A DNA stretch of 64,000 nucleotides from NCBI RefSeq assembly GCF_009914755.1, contig NC_060925.1; one strand, written 5' to 3'. Origin of the DNA: the human T2T-CHM13v2.0 reference genome, Homo sapiens. A program made the position numbers and the translations under genes. A model generated the notes under the pieces. The model ran no database searches. It was not told the DNA's origin and worked only from the letters and a program-made list of their open reading frames with translations. This document shows positions 11,501-26,500 of the stretch, in pieces; position 1 is the stretch's first letter; each line of letters begins with the position of its first letter.

Positions 11501-14500
11501 GCAAATTCCACAAAAAGAGTGTTTCAAGTCTGCTCTCTGTAAAGGATCGTTCAACTCTGTGAGTTGAATACACACAACACAAGGAAGTTTCTGAGAAATA
11601 TTCTGTCTAGCAGAATATGAAGAAATCCCGTTTCCAACGAAGGTCTCAAAGAGGTCTGAATATCCACTTGCAGACTTTACAAACAGAGTGTTTCCTAACT
11701 GCTCTATGAAAAGAAAGGTTAAACTCTGTGAGTTGAACGCACACATCACAAAGGAGTTTATGAGAATCATTCTGTCTAGTTTCTATAAGAAGATACTTCC
11801 TATTCTACCATTGACCTCAAAGCGGCTGAAATCTCCACTTGCAAATTCGACAAAAAGAGTGTTTCAAGCCTGCTCTCTGTAAAGGATCCTTCAACTCTGT
11901 GAGTTGAATACACACAACACAAGGAAGTTACTGAGAATTATTCTGTCTAGCATAATATGAAGAAATCCCGTTTCCAACGAAGGCCTCAAAGAGGTCTGAA
12001 TATCCACTTGCAGACTTTACAAACAGAGTGTTTCCTAACTGCTCTATGAGAAGAAAAGTTAAACTCTGTGAGTTGAACGCACACATCACAAAAGATTTTC
12101 TGAGAATCATTCTGTCTAGTCTTTATATGAAGATAGTTTCCTTTTCTACCATTGACCTCAAAGCGGCTGAAATCTCCACTTGCAAATTCCACAAAAAGAG
12201 TGTTTCAAGTCTGCTCTGTGTAAAGGATCGTTCAACTCTGTGAGTTGAATACACACAACACAAGGAAGTTACTGAGAATTCTTCTGTCTAGCAGAATAGG
12301 AAGAAATCCCGTTTCCAACGAAGGCCACAAGATGTCAGAATATCCACTTACAGACTTTACAAACAGAGTGTTTCCTAACTGCTCTATGAACAGAAAGGTT
12401 AAACTCTGTGAGTTGAACGAACACATCACAACGCAGTTTGTGGGAATGATTCTGTCTAGTTTTGAAACGAAGATATTTCCTTTTCTGCCGTTGACCTTAA
12501 AGCGCTTGAAATCTACACTTGCAAATTGCACAAATAGAGTGTTTCAAATCTGCTCTGTCTAAGGGAACGTTCAACTCTGTGAGTTGAATGCACACAACAC
12601 AAGGAAGTTACTGGGAATTCTTCTGTCTAGCCTTACATGAAAAAACCCGTTTCCAACGAAGGCCTCTAAGTGGTCAAAATATCCACGTGCAGACTTTACA
12701 AACAGAGTGTTTCCAAACCGCTGAATGAAAAGAAAAGTTGAACTCTGAGAGTTGAACGCACACATCACGCAGCAGTTTCTGAGAATGATTCTGTCTAGTT
12801 TTTATACGAAGATATTTCCTTTTCTGCCTTTGGCCCCAAAGCGCTTGAAATCTCCACTTGCAAATTCCACAAAAACAGTGTTTCAAATCTGCTCTCTCTA
12901 AATGAAAGTTCAACTCTGTCAGTTGAATACACACAACACAAGGAAGTTACTGAGAATTCTTCTGTCTAGCATAATATGAAGAAATCCCGTTTCCAACGAA
13001 GGCCTCAAAGGGGTCTGAATATCCACTTGCAGACTTTATAAACAGAGTGTTTACTAACTGCTCTATGAAAAGAAAGGTTAAACTCTGTGAGTTGAACACA
13101 CACATCACAAAGGAGTTTCTGAGAATCATTCTGTCTAGTTTTTCTACGAAGATATTTCCTTTTCTACTATTGACCTCAAAGCGGCTGAAATCTCCACTTG
13201 CAAATTCCACAAAAAGAGTGTTTCAAGTCTGCTCTGTGTAAAGGATCGTTCAACTCTGTGAGTTGAATACACACAACACAAGGAAGTTTCTGAGAAATAT
13301 TCTGTCTAGCAGAATATGAAGAAATCCCGTTTCCAACGAAGGCCTCAAGGAGGTCTGAATATCCACTTGCAGACTTTACAAACAGAGTGTTTCCTAACTG
13401 CTCTATGAAAAGAAAGGTTAAACTCTGTGAGTTGAACGCACACATCACAAAGGAGTTTATGAGAATCATTCTGTCTAGTTTCTATAGGAAGATATTTCCT
13501 ATTCTACCATTGACCTCAAAGCGGCTGAAATCTCCACTTGCAAATTCCACAAAAAGAGTGTTTCAAGTCTGCTCTCTGTAAAGGATCGTTCAACTCTGTG
13601 AGTTGAATACACACAACACAAGGAAGTTTCTGAGAAATATTCTGTCTAGCAGAATATGAAGAAATCCCGTTTCCAACGAAGGTCTCAAAGAGGTCTGAAT
13701 ATCCACTTGCAGACTTTACAAACAGAGTGTTTCCTAACTGCTCTATGAAAAGAAAGGTTAAACTCTGTGAGTTGAACGCACACATCACAAAGGAGTTTAT
13801 GAGAATCATTCTGTCTAGTTTCTATAAGAAGATACTTCCTATTCTACCATTGACCTCAAAGCGGCTGAAATCTCCACTTGCAAATTCGACAAAAAGAGTG
13901 TTTCAAGCCTGCTCTCTGTAAAGGATCCTTCAACTCTGTGAGTTGAATACACACAACACAAGGAAGTTACTGAGAATTATTCTGTCTAGCATAATATGAA
14001 GAAATCCCGTTTCCAACGAAGGCCTCAAAGAGGTCTGAATATCCACTTGCAGACTTTACAAACAGAGTGTTTCCTAACTGCTCTATGAGAAGAAAAGTTA
14101 AACTCTGTGAGTTGAACGCACACATCACAAAAGATTTTCTGAGAATCATTCTGTCTAGTCTTTATATGAAGATAGTTTCCTTTTCTACCATTGACCTCAA
14201 AGCGGCTGAAATCTCCACTTGCAAATTCCACAAAAAGAGTGTTTCAAGTCTGCTCTGTGTAAAGGATCGTTCAACTCTGTGAGTTGAATACACACAACAC
14301 AAGGAAGTTACTGAGAATTCTTCTGTCTAGCAGAATAGGAAGAAATCCCGTTTCCAACGAAGGCCACAAGATGTCAGAATATCCACTTACAGACTTTACA
14401 AACAGAGTGTTTCCTAACTGCTCTATGAACAGAAAGGTTAAACTCTGTGAGTTGAACGAACACATCACAACGCAGTTTGTGGGAATGATTCTGTCTAGTT

Positions 14501-17500
14501 TTGAAACGAAGATATTTCCTTTTCTGCCGTTGACCTTAAAGCGCTTGAAATCTACACTTGCAAATTGCACAAATAGAGTGTTTCAAATCTGCTCTGTCTA
14601 AGGGAACGTTCAACTCTGTGAGTTGAATGCACACAACACAAGGAAGTTACTGGGAATTCTTCTGTCTAGCCTTACATGAAAAAACCCGTTTCCAACGAAG
14701 GCCTCTAAGTGGTCAAAATATCCACGTGCAGACTTTACAAACAGAGTGTTTCCAAACCGCTGAATGAAAAGAAAAGTTGAACTCTGAGAGTTGAACGCAC
14801 ACATCACGCAGCAGTTTCTGAGAATGATTCTGTCTAGTTTTTATACGAAGATATTTCCTTTTCTGCCTTTGGCCCCAAAGCGCTTGAAATCTCCACTTGC
14901 AAATTCCACAAAAACAGTGTTTCAAATCTGCTCTCTCTAAATGAAAGTTCAACTCTGTCAGTTGAATACACACAACACAAGGAAGTTACTGAGAATTCTT
15001 CTGTCTAGCATAATATGAAGAAATCCCGTTTCCAACGAAGGCCTCAAAGGGGTCTGAATATCCACTTGCAGACTTTATAAACAGAGTGTTTACTAACTGC
15101 TCTATGAAAAGAAAGGTTAAACTCTGTGAGTTGAACACACACATCACAAAGGAGTTTCTGAGAATCATTCTGTCTAGTTTTTCTACGAAGATATTTCCTT
15201 TTCTACTATTGACCTGAAAGCGGCTGAAATCTCCACTTGCAAATTCCACAAAAAGAGTGTTTCAAGTCTGCTCTGTGTAAAGGATCGTTCAACTCTGTGA
15301 GTTGAATACACACAACACAAGGAAGTTTCTGAGAAATATTCTGTCTAGCAGAATATGAAGAAATCCCGTTTCCAACGAAGGCCTCAAGGAGGTCTGAATA
15401 TCCACTTGCAGACTTTACAAACAGAGTGTTTCCTAACTGCTCTATGAAAAGAAAGGTTAAACTCTGTGAGTTGAACGCACACATCACAAAGGAGTTTATG
15501 AGAATCATTCTGTCTAGTTTCTATAGGAAGATATTTCCTATTCTACCATTGACCTCAAAGCGGCTGAAATCTCCACTTGCAAATTCCACAAAAAGAGTGT
15601 TTCAAGTCTGCTCTCTGTAAAGGATCGTTCAACTCTGTGAGTTGAATACACACAACACAAGGAAGTTTCTGAGAAATATTCTGTCTAGCAGAATATGAAG
15701 AAATCCCGTTTCCAACGAAGGTCTCAAAGAGGTCTGAATATCCACTTGCAGACTTTACAAACAGAGTGTTTCCTAACTGCTCTATGAAAAGAAAGGTTAA
15801 ACTCTGTGAGTTGAACGCACACATCACAAAGGAGTTTATGAGAATCATTCTGTCTAGTTTCTATAAGAAGATACTTCCTATTCTACCATTGACCTCAAAG
15901 CGGCTGAAATCTCCACTTGCAAATTCGACAAAAAGAGTGTTTCAAGCCTGCTCTCTGTAAAGGATCCTTCAACTCTGTGAGTTGAATACACACAACACAA
16001 GGAAGTTACTGAGAATTATTCTGTCTAGCATAATATGAAGAAATCCCGTTTCCAACGAAGGCCTCAAAGAGGTCTGAATATCCACTTGCAGACTTTACAA
16101 ACAGAGTGTTTCCTAACTGCTCTATGAGAAGAAAAGTTAAACTCTGTGAGTTGAACGCACACATCACAAAAGATTTTCTGAGAATCATTCTGTCTAGTCT
16201 TTATATGAAGATAGTTTCCTTTTCTACCATTGACCTCAAAGCGGCTGAAATCTCCACTTGCAAATTCCACAAAAAGAGTGTTTCAAGTCTGCTCTGTGTA
16301 AAGGATCGTTCAACTCTGTGAGTTGAATACACACAACACAAGGAAGTTACTGAGAATTCTTCTGTCTAGCAGAATAGGAAGAAATCCCGTTTCCAACGAA
16401 GGCCACAAGATGTCAGAATATCCACTTACAGACTTTACAAACAGAGTGTTTCCTAACTGCTCTATGAACAGAAAGGTTAAACTCTGTGAGTTGAACGAAC
16501 ACATCACAACGCAGTTTGTGGGAATGATTCTGTCTAGTTTTGAAACGAAGATATTTCCTTTTCTGCCGTTGACCTTAAAGCGCTTGAAATCTACACTTGC
16601 AAATTGCACAAATAGAGTGTTTCAAATCTGCTCTGTCTAAGGGAACGTTCAACTCTGTGAGTTGAATGCACACAACACAAGGAAGTTACTGGGAATTCTT
16701 CTGTCTAGCCTTACATGAAAAAACCCGTTTCCAACGAAGGCCTCTAAGTGGTCAAAATATCCACGTGCAGACTTTACAAACAGAGTGTTTCCAAACCGCT
16801 GAATGAAAAGAAAAGTTGAACTCTGAGAGTTGAACGCACACATCACGCAGCAGTTTCTGAGAATGATTCTGTCTAGTTTTTATACGAAGATATTTCCTTT
16901 TCTGCCTTTGGCCCCAAAGCGCTTGAAATCTCCACTTGCAAATTCCACAAAAACAGTGTTTCAAATCTGCTCTCTCTAAATGAAAGTTCAACTCTGTCAG
17001 TTGAATACACACAACACAAGGAAGTTACTGAGAATTCTTCTGTCTAGCATAATATGAAGAAATCCCGTTTCCAACGAAGGCCTCAAAGGGGTCTGAATAT
17101 CCACTTGCAGACTTTATAAACAGAGTGTTTACTAACTGCTCTATGAAAAGAAAGGTTAAACTCTGTGAGTTGAACACACACATCACAAAGGAGTTTCTGA
17201 GAATCATTCTCTCTAGTTTTTCTACGAAGATATTTCCTTTTCTACTATTGACCTCAAAGCGGCTGAAATCTCCACTTGCAAATTCCACAAAAAGAGTGTT
17301 TCAAGTCTGCTCTGTGTAAAGGATCGTTCAACTCTGTGAGTTGAATACACACAACACAAGGAAGTTTCTGAGAAATATTCTGTCTAGCAGAATATGAAGA
17401 AATCCCGTTTCCAACGAAGGCCTCAAGGAGGTCTGAATATCCACTTGCAGACTTTACAAACAGAGTGTTTCCTAACTGCTCTATGAAAAGAAAGGTTAAA

Positions 17501-20500
17501 CTCTGTGAGTTGAACGCACACATCACAAAGGAGTTTATGAGAATCATTCTGTCTAGTTTCTATAGGAAGATATTTCCTATTCTACCATTGACCTCAAAGC
17601 GGCTGAAATCTCCACTTGCAAATTCCACAAAAAGAGTGTTTCAAGTCTGCTCTCTGTAAAGGATCGTTCAACTCTGTGAGTTGAATACACACAACACAAG
17701 GAAGTTTCTGAGAAATATTCTGTCTAGCAGAATATGAAGAAATCCCGTTTCCAACGAAGGTCTCAAAGAGGTCTGAATATCCACTTGCAGACTTTACAAA
17801 CAGAGTGTTTCCTAACTGCTCTATGAAAAGAAAGGTTAAACTCTGTGAGTTGAACGCACACATCACAAAGGAGTTTATGAGAATCATTCTGTCTAGTTTC
17901 TATAAGAAGATACTTCCTATTCTACCATTGACCTCAAAGCGGCTGAAATCTCCACTTGCAAATTCGACAAAAAGAGTGTTTCAAGCCTGCTCTCTGTAAA
18001 GGATCCTTCAACTCTGTGAGTTGAATACACACAACACAAGGAAGTTACTGAGAATTATTCTGTCTAGCATAATATGAAGAAATCCCGTTTCCAACGAAGG
18101 CCTCAAAGAGGTCTGAATATCCACTTGCAGACTTTACAAACAGAGTGTTTCCTAACTGCTCTATGAGAAGAAAAGTTAAACTCTGTGAGTTGAACGCACA
18201 CATCACAAAAGATTTTCTGAGAATCATTCTGTCTAGTCTTTATATGAAGATAGTTTCCTTTTCTACCATTGACCTCAAAGCGGCTGAAATCTCCACTTGC
18301 AAATTCCACAAAAAGAGTGTTTCAAGTCTGCTCTGTGTAAAGGATCGTTCAACTCTGTGAGTTGAATACACACAACACAAGGAAGTTACTGAGAATTCTT
18401 CTGTCTAGCAGAATAGGAAGAAATCCCGTTTCCAACGAAGGCCACAAGATGTCAGAATATCCACTTACAGACTTTACAAACAGAGTGTTTCCTAACTGCT
18501 CTATGAACAGAAAGGTTAAACTCTGTGAGTTGAACGAACACATCACAACGCAGTTTGTGGGAATGATTCTGTCTAGTTTTGAAACGAAGATATTTCCTTT
18601 TCTGCCGTTGACCTTAAAGCGCTTGAAATCTACACTTGCAAATTGCACAAATAGAGTGTTTCAAATCTGCTCTGTCTAAGGGAACGTTCAACTCTGTGAG
18701 TTGAATGCACACAACACAAGGAAGTTACTGGGAATTCTTCTGTCTAGCCTTACATGAAAAAACCCGTTTCCAACGAAGGCCTCTAAGTGGTCAAAATATC
18801 CACGTGCAGACTTTACAAACAGAGTGTTTCCAAACCGCTGAATGAAAAGAAAAGTTGAACTCTGAGAGTTGAACGCACACATCACGCAGCAGTTTCTGAG
18901 AATGATTCTGTCTAGTTTTTATACGAAGATATTTCCTTTTCTGCCTTTGGCCCCAAAGCGCTTGAAATCTCCACTTGCAAATTCCACAAAAACAGTGTTT
19001 CAAATCTGCTCTCTCTAAATGAAAGTTCAACTCTGTCAGTTGAATACACACAACACAAGGAAGTTACTGAGAATTCTTCTGTCTAGCATAATATGAAGAA
19101 ATCCCGTTTCCAACGAAGGCCTCAAAGGGGTCTGAATATCCACTTGCAGACTTTATAAACAGAGTGTTTACTAACTGCTCTATGAAAAGAAAGGTTAAAC
19201 TCTGTGAGTTGAACACACACATCACAAAGGAGTTTCTGAGAATCATTCTGTCTAGTTTTTCTACGAAGATATTTCCTTTTCTACTATTGACCTCAAAGCG
19301 GCTGAAATCTCCACTTGCAAATTCCACAAAAAGAGTGTTTCAAGTCTGCTCTGTGTAAAGGATCGTTCAACTCTGTGAGTTGAATACACACAACACAAGG
19401 AAGTTTCTGAGAAATATTCTGTCTAGCAGAATATGAAGAAATCCCGTTTCCAACGAAGGCCTCAAGGAGGTCTGAATATCCACTTGCAGACTTTACAAAC
19501 AGAGTGTTTCCTAACTGCTCTATGAAAAGAAAGGTTAAACTCTGTGAGTTGAACGCACACATCACAAAGGAGTTTATGAGAATCATTCTGTCTAGTTTCT
19601 ATAGGAAGATATTTCCTATTCTACCATTGACCTCAAAGCGGCTGAAATCTCCACTTGCAAATTCCACAAAAAGAGTGTTTCAAGTCTGCTCTCTGTAAAG
19701 GATCGTTCAACTCTGTGAGTTGAATACACACAACACAAGGAAGTTTCTGAGAAATATTCTGTCTAGCAGAATATGAAGAAATCCCGTTTCCAACGAAGGT
19801 CTCAAAGAGGTCTGAATATCCACTTGCAGACTTTACAAACAGAGTGTTTCCTAACTGCTCTATGAAAAGAAAGGTTAAACTCTGTGAGTTGAACGCACAC
19901 ATCACAAAGGAGTTTATGAGAATCATTCTGTCTAGTTTCTATAAGAAGATACTTCCTATTCTACCATTGACCTCAAAGCGGCTGAAATCTCCACTTGCAA
20001 ATTCGACAAAAAGAGTGTTTCAAGCCTGCTCTCTGTAAAGGATCCTTCAACTCTGTGAGTTGAATACACACAACACAAGGAAGTTACTGAGAATTATTCT
20101 GTCTAGCATAATATGAAGAAATCCCGTTTCCAACGAAGGCCTCAAAGAGGTCTGAATATCCACTTGCAGACTTTACAAACAGAGTGTTTCCTAACTGCTC
20201 TATGAGAAGAAAAGTTAAACTCTGTGAGTTGAACGCACACATCACAAAAGATTTTCTGAGAATCATTCTGTCTAGTCTTTATATGAAGATAGTTTCCTTT
20301 TCTACCATTGACCTCAAAGCGGCTGAAATCTCCACTTGCAAATTCCACAAAAAGAGTGTTTCAAGTCTGCTCTGTGTAAAGGATCGTTCAACTCTGTGAG
20401 TTGAATACACACAACACAAGGAAGTTACTGAGAATTCTTCTGTCTAGCAGAATAGGAAGAAATCCCGTTTCCAACGAAGGCCACAAGATGTCAGAATATC

Positions 20501-23500
20501 CACTTACAGACTTTACAAACAGAGTGTTTCCTAACTGCTCTATGAACAGAAAGGTTAAACTCTGTGAGTTGAACGAACACATCACAACGCAGTTTGTGGG
20601 AATGATTCTGTCTAGTTTTGAAACGAAGATATTTCCTTTTCTGCCGTTGACCTTAAAGCGCTTGAAATCTACACTTGCAAATTGCACAAATAGAGTGTTT
20701 CAAATCTGCTCTGTCTAAGGGAACGTTCAACTCTGTGAGTTGAATGCACACAACACAAGGAAGTTACTGGGAATTCTTCTGTCTAGCCTTACATGAAAAA
20801 ACCCGTTTCCAACGAAGGCCTCTAAGTGGTCAAAATATCCACGTGCAGACTTTACAAACAGAGTGTTTCCAAACCGCTGAATGAAAAGAAAAGTTGAACT
20901 CTGAGAGTTGAACGCACACATCACGCAGCAGTTTCTGAGAATGATTCTGTCTAGTTTTTATACGAAGATATTTCCTTTTCTGCCTTTGGCCCCAAAGCGC
21001 TTGAAATCTCCACTTGCAAATTCCACAAAAACAGTGTTTCAAATCTGCTCTCTCTAAATGAAAGTTCAACTCTGTCAGTTGAATACACACAACACAAGGA
21101 AGTTACTGAGAATTCTTCTGTCTAGCATAATATGAAGAAATCCCGTTTCCAACGAAGGCCTCAAAGGGGTCTGAATATCCACTTGCAGACTTTATAAACA
21201 GAGTGTTTACTAACTGCTCTATGAAAAGAAAGGTTAAACTCTGTGAGTTGAACACACACATCACAAAGGAGTTTCTGAGAATCATTCTGTCTAGTTTTTC
21301 TACGAAGATATTTCCTTTTCTACTATTGACCTCAAAGCGGCTGAAATCTCCACTTGCAAATTCCACAAAAAGAGTGTTTCAAGTCTGCTCTGTGTAAAGG
21401 ATCGTTCAACTCTGTGAGTTGAATACACACAACACAAGGAAGTTTCTGAGAAATATTCTGTCTAGCAGAATATGAAGAAATCCCGTTTCCAACGAAGGCC
21501 TCAAGGAGGTCTGAATATCCACTTGCAGACTTTACAAACAGAGTGTTTCCTAACTGCTCTATGAAAAGAAAGGTTAAACTCTGTGAGTTGAACGCACACA
21601 TCACAAAGGAGTTTATGAGAATCATTCTGTCTAGTTTCTATAGGAAGATATTTCCTATTCTACCATTGACCTCAAAGCGGCTGAAATCTCCACTTGCAAA
21701 TTCCACAAAAAGAGTGTTTCAAGTCTGCTCTCTGTAAAGGATCGTTCAACTCTGTGAGTTGAATACACACAACACAAGGAAGTTTCTGAGAAATATTCTG
21801 TCTAGCAGAATATGAAGAAATCCCGTTTCCAACGAAGGTCTCAAAGAGGTCTGAATATCCACTTGCAGACTTTACAAACAGAGTGTTTCCTAACTGCTCT
21901 ATGAAAAGAAAGGTTAAACTCTGTGAGTTGAACGCACACATCACAAAGGAGTTTATGAGAATCATTCTGTCTAGTTTCTATAAGAAGATACTTCCTATTC
22001 TACCATTGACCTCAAAGCGGCTGAAATCTCCACTTGCAAATTCGACAAAAAGAGTGTTTCAAGCCTGCTCTCTGTAAAGGATCCTTCAACTCTGTGAGTT
22101 GAATACACACAACACAAGGAAGTTACTGAGAATTATTCTGTCTAGCATAATATGAAGAAATCCCGTTTCCAACGAAGGCCTCAAAGAGGTCTGAATATCC
22201 ACTTGCAGACTTTACAAACAGAGTGTTTCCTAACTGCTCTATGAGAAGAAAAGTTAAACTCTGTGAGTTGAACGCACACATCACAAAAGATTTTCTGAGA
22301 ATCATTCTGTCTAGTCTTTATATGAAGATAGTTTCCTTTTCTACCATTGACCTCAAAGCGGCTGAAATCTCCACTTGCAAATTCCACAAAAAGAGTGTTT
22401 CAAGTCTGCTCTGTGTAAAGGATCGTTCAACTCTGTGAGTTGAATACACACAACACAAGGAAGTTACTGAGAATTCTTCTGTCTAGCAGAATAGGAAGAA
22501 ATCCCGTTTCCAACGAAGGCCACAAGATGTCAGAATATCCACTTACAGACTTTACAAACAGAGTGTTTCCTAACTGCTCTATGAACAGAAAGGTTAAACT
22601 CTGTGAGTTGAACGAACACATCACAACGCAGTTTGTGGGAATGATTCTGTCTAGTTTTGAAACGAAGATATTTCCTTTTCTGCCGTTGACCTTAAAGCGC
22701 TTGAAATCTACACTTGCAAATTGCACAAATAGAGTGTTTCAAATCTGCTCTGTCTAAGGGAACGTTCAACTCTGTGAGTTGAATGCACACAACACAAGGA
22801 AGTTACTGGGAATTCTTCTGTCTAGCCTTACATGAAAAAACCCGTTTCCAACGAAGGCCTCTAAGTGGTCAAAATATCCACGTGCAGACTTTACAAACAG
22901 AGTGTTTCCAAACCGCTGAATGAAAAGAAAAGTTGAACTCTGAGAGTTGAACGCACACATCACGCAGCAGTTTCTGAGAATGATTCTGTCTAGTTTTTAT
23001 ACGAAGATATTTCCTTTTCTGCCTTTGGCCCCAAAGCGCTTGAAATCTCCACTTGCAAATTCCACAAAAACAGTGTTTCAAATCTGCTCTCTCTAAATGA
23101 AAGTTCAACTCTGTCAGTTGAATACACACAACACAAGGAAGTTACTGAGAATTCTTCTGTCTAGCATAATATGAAGAAATCCCGTTTCCAACGAAGGCCT
23201 CAAAGGGGTCTGAATATCCACTTGCAGACTTTATAAACAGAGTGTTTACTAACTGCTCTATGAAAAGAAAGGTTAAACTCTGTGAGTTGAACACACACAT
23301 CACAAAGGAGTTTCTGAGAATCATTCTGTCTAGTTTTTCTACGAAGATATTTCCTTTTCTACTATTGACCTCAAAGCGGCTGAAATCTCCACTTGCAAAT
23401 TCCACAAAAAGAGTGTTTCAAGTCTGCTCTGTGTAAAGGATCGTTCAACTCTGTGAGTTGAATACACACAACACAAGGAAGTTTCTGAGAAATATTCTGT

Positions 23501-26500
23501 CTAGCAGAATATGAAGAAATCCCGTTTCCAACGAAGGCCTCAAGGAGGTCTGAATATCCACTTGCAGACTTTACAAACAGAGTGTTTCCTAACTGCTCTA
23601 TGAAAAGAAAGGTTAAACTCTGTGAGTTGAACGCACACATCACAAAGGAGTTTATGAGAATCATTCTGTCTAGTTTCTATAGGAAGATATTTCCTATTCT
23701 ACCATTGACCTCAAAGCGGCTGAAATCTCCACTTGCAAATTCCACAAAAAGAGTGTTTCAAGTCTGCTCTCTGTAAAGGATCGTTCAACTCTGTGAGTTG
23801 AATACACACAACACAAGGAAGTTTCTGAGAAATATTCTGTCTAGCAGAATATGAAGAAATCCCGTTTCCAACGAAGGTCTCAAAGAGGTCTGAATATCCA
23901 CTTGCAGACTTTACAAACAGAGTGTTTCCTAACTGCTCTATGAAAAGAAAGGTTAAACTCTGTGAGTTGAACGCACACATCACAAAGGAGTTTATGAGAA
24001 TCATTCTGTCTAGTTTCTATAAGGAGATACTTCCTATTCTACCATTGACCTCAAAGCGGCTGAAATCTCCACTTGCAAATTCGACAAAAAGAGTGTTTCA
24101 AGCCTGCTCTCTGTAAAGGATCCTTCAACTCTGTGAGTTGAATACACACAACACAAGGAAGTTACTGAGAATTATTCTGTCTAGCATAATATGAAGAAAT
24201 CCCGTTTCCAACGAAGGCCTCAAAGAGGTCTGAATATCCACTTGCAGACTTTACAAACAGAGTGTTTCCTAACTGCTCTATGAGAAGAAAAGTTAAACTC
24301 TGTGAGTTGAACGCACACATCACAAAAGATTTTCTGAGAATCATTCTGTCTAGTCTTTATATGAAGATAGTTTCCTTTTCTACCATTGACCTCAAAGCGG
24401 CTGAAATCTCCACTTGCAAATTCCACAAAAAGAGTGTTTCAAGTCTGCTCTGTGTAAAGGATCGTTCAACTCTGTGAGTTGAATACACACAACACAAGGA
24501 AGTTACTGAGAATTCTTCTGTCTAGCAGAATAGGAAGAAATCCCGTTTCCAACGAAGGCCACAAGATGTCAGAATATCCACTTACAGACTTTACAAACAG
24601 AGTGTTTCCTAACTGCTCTATGAACAGAAAGGTTAAACTCTGTGAGTTGAACGAACACATCACAACGCAGTTTGTGGGAATGATTCTGTCTAGTTTTGAA
24701 ACGAAGATATTTCCTTTTCTGCCGTTGACCTTAAAGCGCTTGAAATCTACACTTGCAAATTGCACAAATAGAGTGTTTCAAATCTGCTCTGTCTAAGGGA
24801 ACGTTCAACTCTGTGAGTTGAATGCACACAACACAAGGAAGTTACTGGGAATTCTTCTGTCTAGCCTTACATGAAAAAACCCGTTTCCAACGAAGGCCTC
24901 TAAGTGGTCAAAATATCCACGTGCAGACTTTACAAACAGAGTGTTTCCAAACCGCTGAATGAAAAGAAAAGTTGAACTCTGAGAGTTGAACGCACACATC
25001 ACGCAGCAGTTTCTGAGAATGATTCTGTCTAGTTTTTATACGAAGATATTTCCTTTTCTGCCTTTGGCCCCAAAGCGCTTGAAATCTCCACTTGCAAATT
25101 CCACAAAAACAGTGTTTCAAATCTGCTCTCTCTAAATGAAAGTTCAACTCTGTCAGTTGAATACACACAACACAAGGAAGTTACTGAGAATTCTTCTGTC
25201 TAGCATAATATGAAGAAATCCCGTTTCCAACGAAGGCCTCAAAGGGGTCTGAATATCCACTTGCAGACTTTATAAACAGAGTGTTTACTAACTGCTCTAT
25301 GAAAAGAAAGGTTAAACTCTGTGAGTTGAACACACACATCACAAAGGAGTTTCTGAGAATCATTCTGTCTAGTTTTTCTACGAAGATATTTCCTTTTCTA
25401 CTATTGACCTCAAAGCGGCTGAAATCTCCACTTGCAAATTCCACAAAAAGAGTGTTTCAAGTCTGCTCTGTGTAAAGGATCGTTCAACTCTGTGAGTTGA
25501 ATACACACAACACAAGGAAGTTTCTGAGAAATATTCTGTCTAGCAGAATATGAAGAAATCCCGTTTCCAACGAAGGCCTCAAGGAGGTCTGAATATCCAC
25601 TTGCAGACTTTACAAACAGAGTGTTTCCTAACTGCTCTATGAAAAGAAAGGTTAAACTCTGTGAGTTGAACGCACACATCACAAAGGAGTTTATGAGAAT
25701 CATTCTGTCTAGTTTCTATAGGAAGATATTTCCTATTCTACCATTGACCTCAAAGCGGCTGAAATCTCCACTTGCAAATTCCACAAAAAGAGTGTTTCAA
25801 GTCTGCTCTCTGTAAAGGATCGTTCAACTCTGTGAGTTGAATACACACAACACAAGGAAGTTTCTGAGAAATATTCTGTCTAGCAGAATATGAAGAAATC
25901 CCGTTTCCAACGAAGGTCTCAAAGAGGTCTGAATATCCACTTGCAGACTTTACAAACAGAGTGTTTCCTAACTGCTCTATGAAAAGAAAGGTTAAACTCT
26001 GTGAGTTGAACGCACACATCACAAAGGAGTTTATGAGAATCATTCTGTCTAGTTTCTATAAGAAGATACTTCCTATTCTACCATTGACCTCAAAGCGGCT
26101 GAAATCTCCACTTGCAAATTCGACAAAAAGAGTGTTTCAAGCCTGCTCTCTGTAAAGGATCCTTCAACTCTGTGAGTTGAATACACACAACACAAGGAAG
26201 TTACTGAGAATTATTCTGTCTAGCATAATATGAAGAAATCCCGTTTCCAACGAAGGCCTCAAAGAGGTCTGAATATCCACTTGCAGACTTTACAAACAGA
26301 GTGTTTCCTAACTGCTCTATGAGAAGAAAAGTTAAACTCTGTGAGTTGAACGCACACATCACAAAAGATTTTCTGAGAATCATTCTGTCTAGTCTTTATA
26401 TGAAGATAGTTTCCTTTTCTACCATTGACCTCAAAGCGGCTGAAATCTCCACTTGCAAATTCCACAAAAAGAGTGTTTCAAGTCTGCTCTGTGTAAAGGA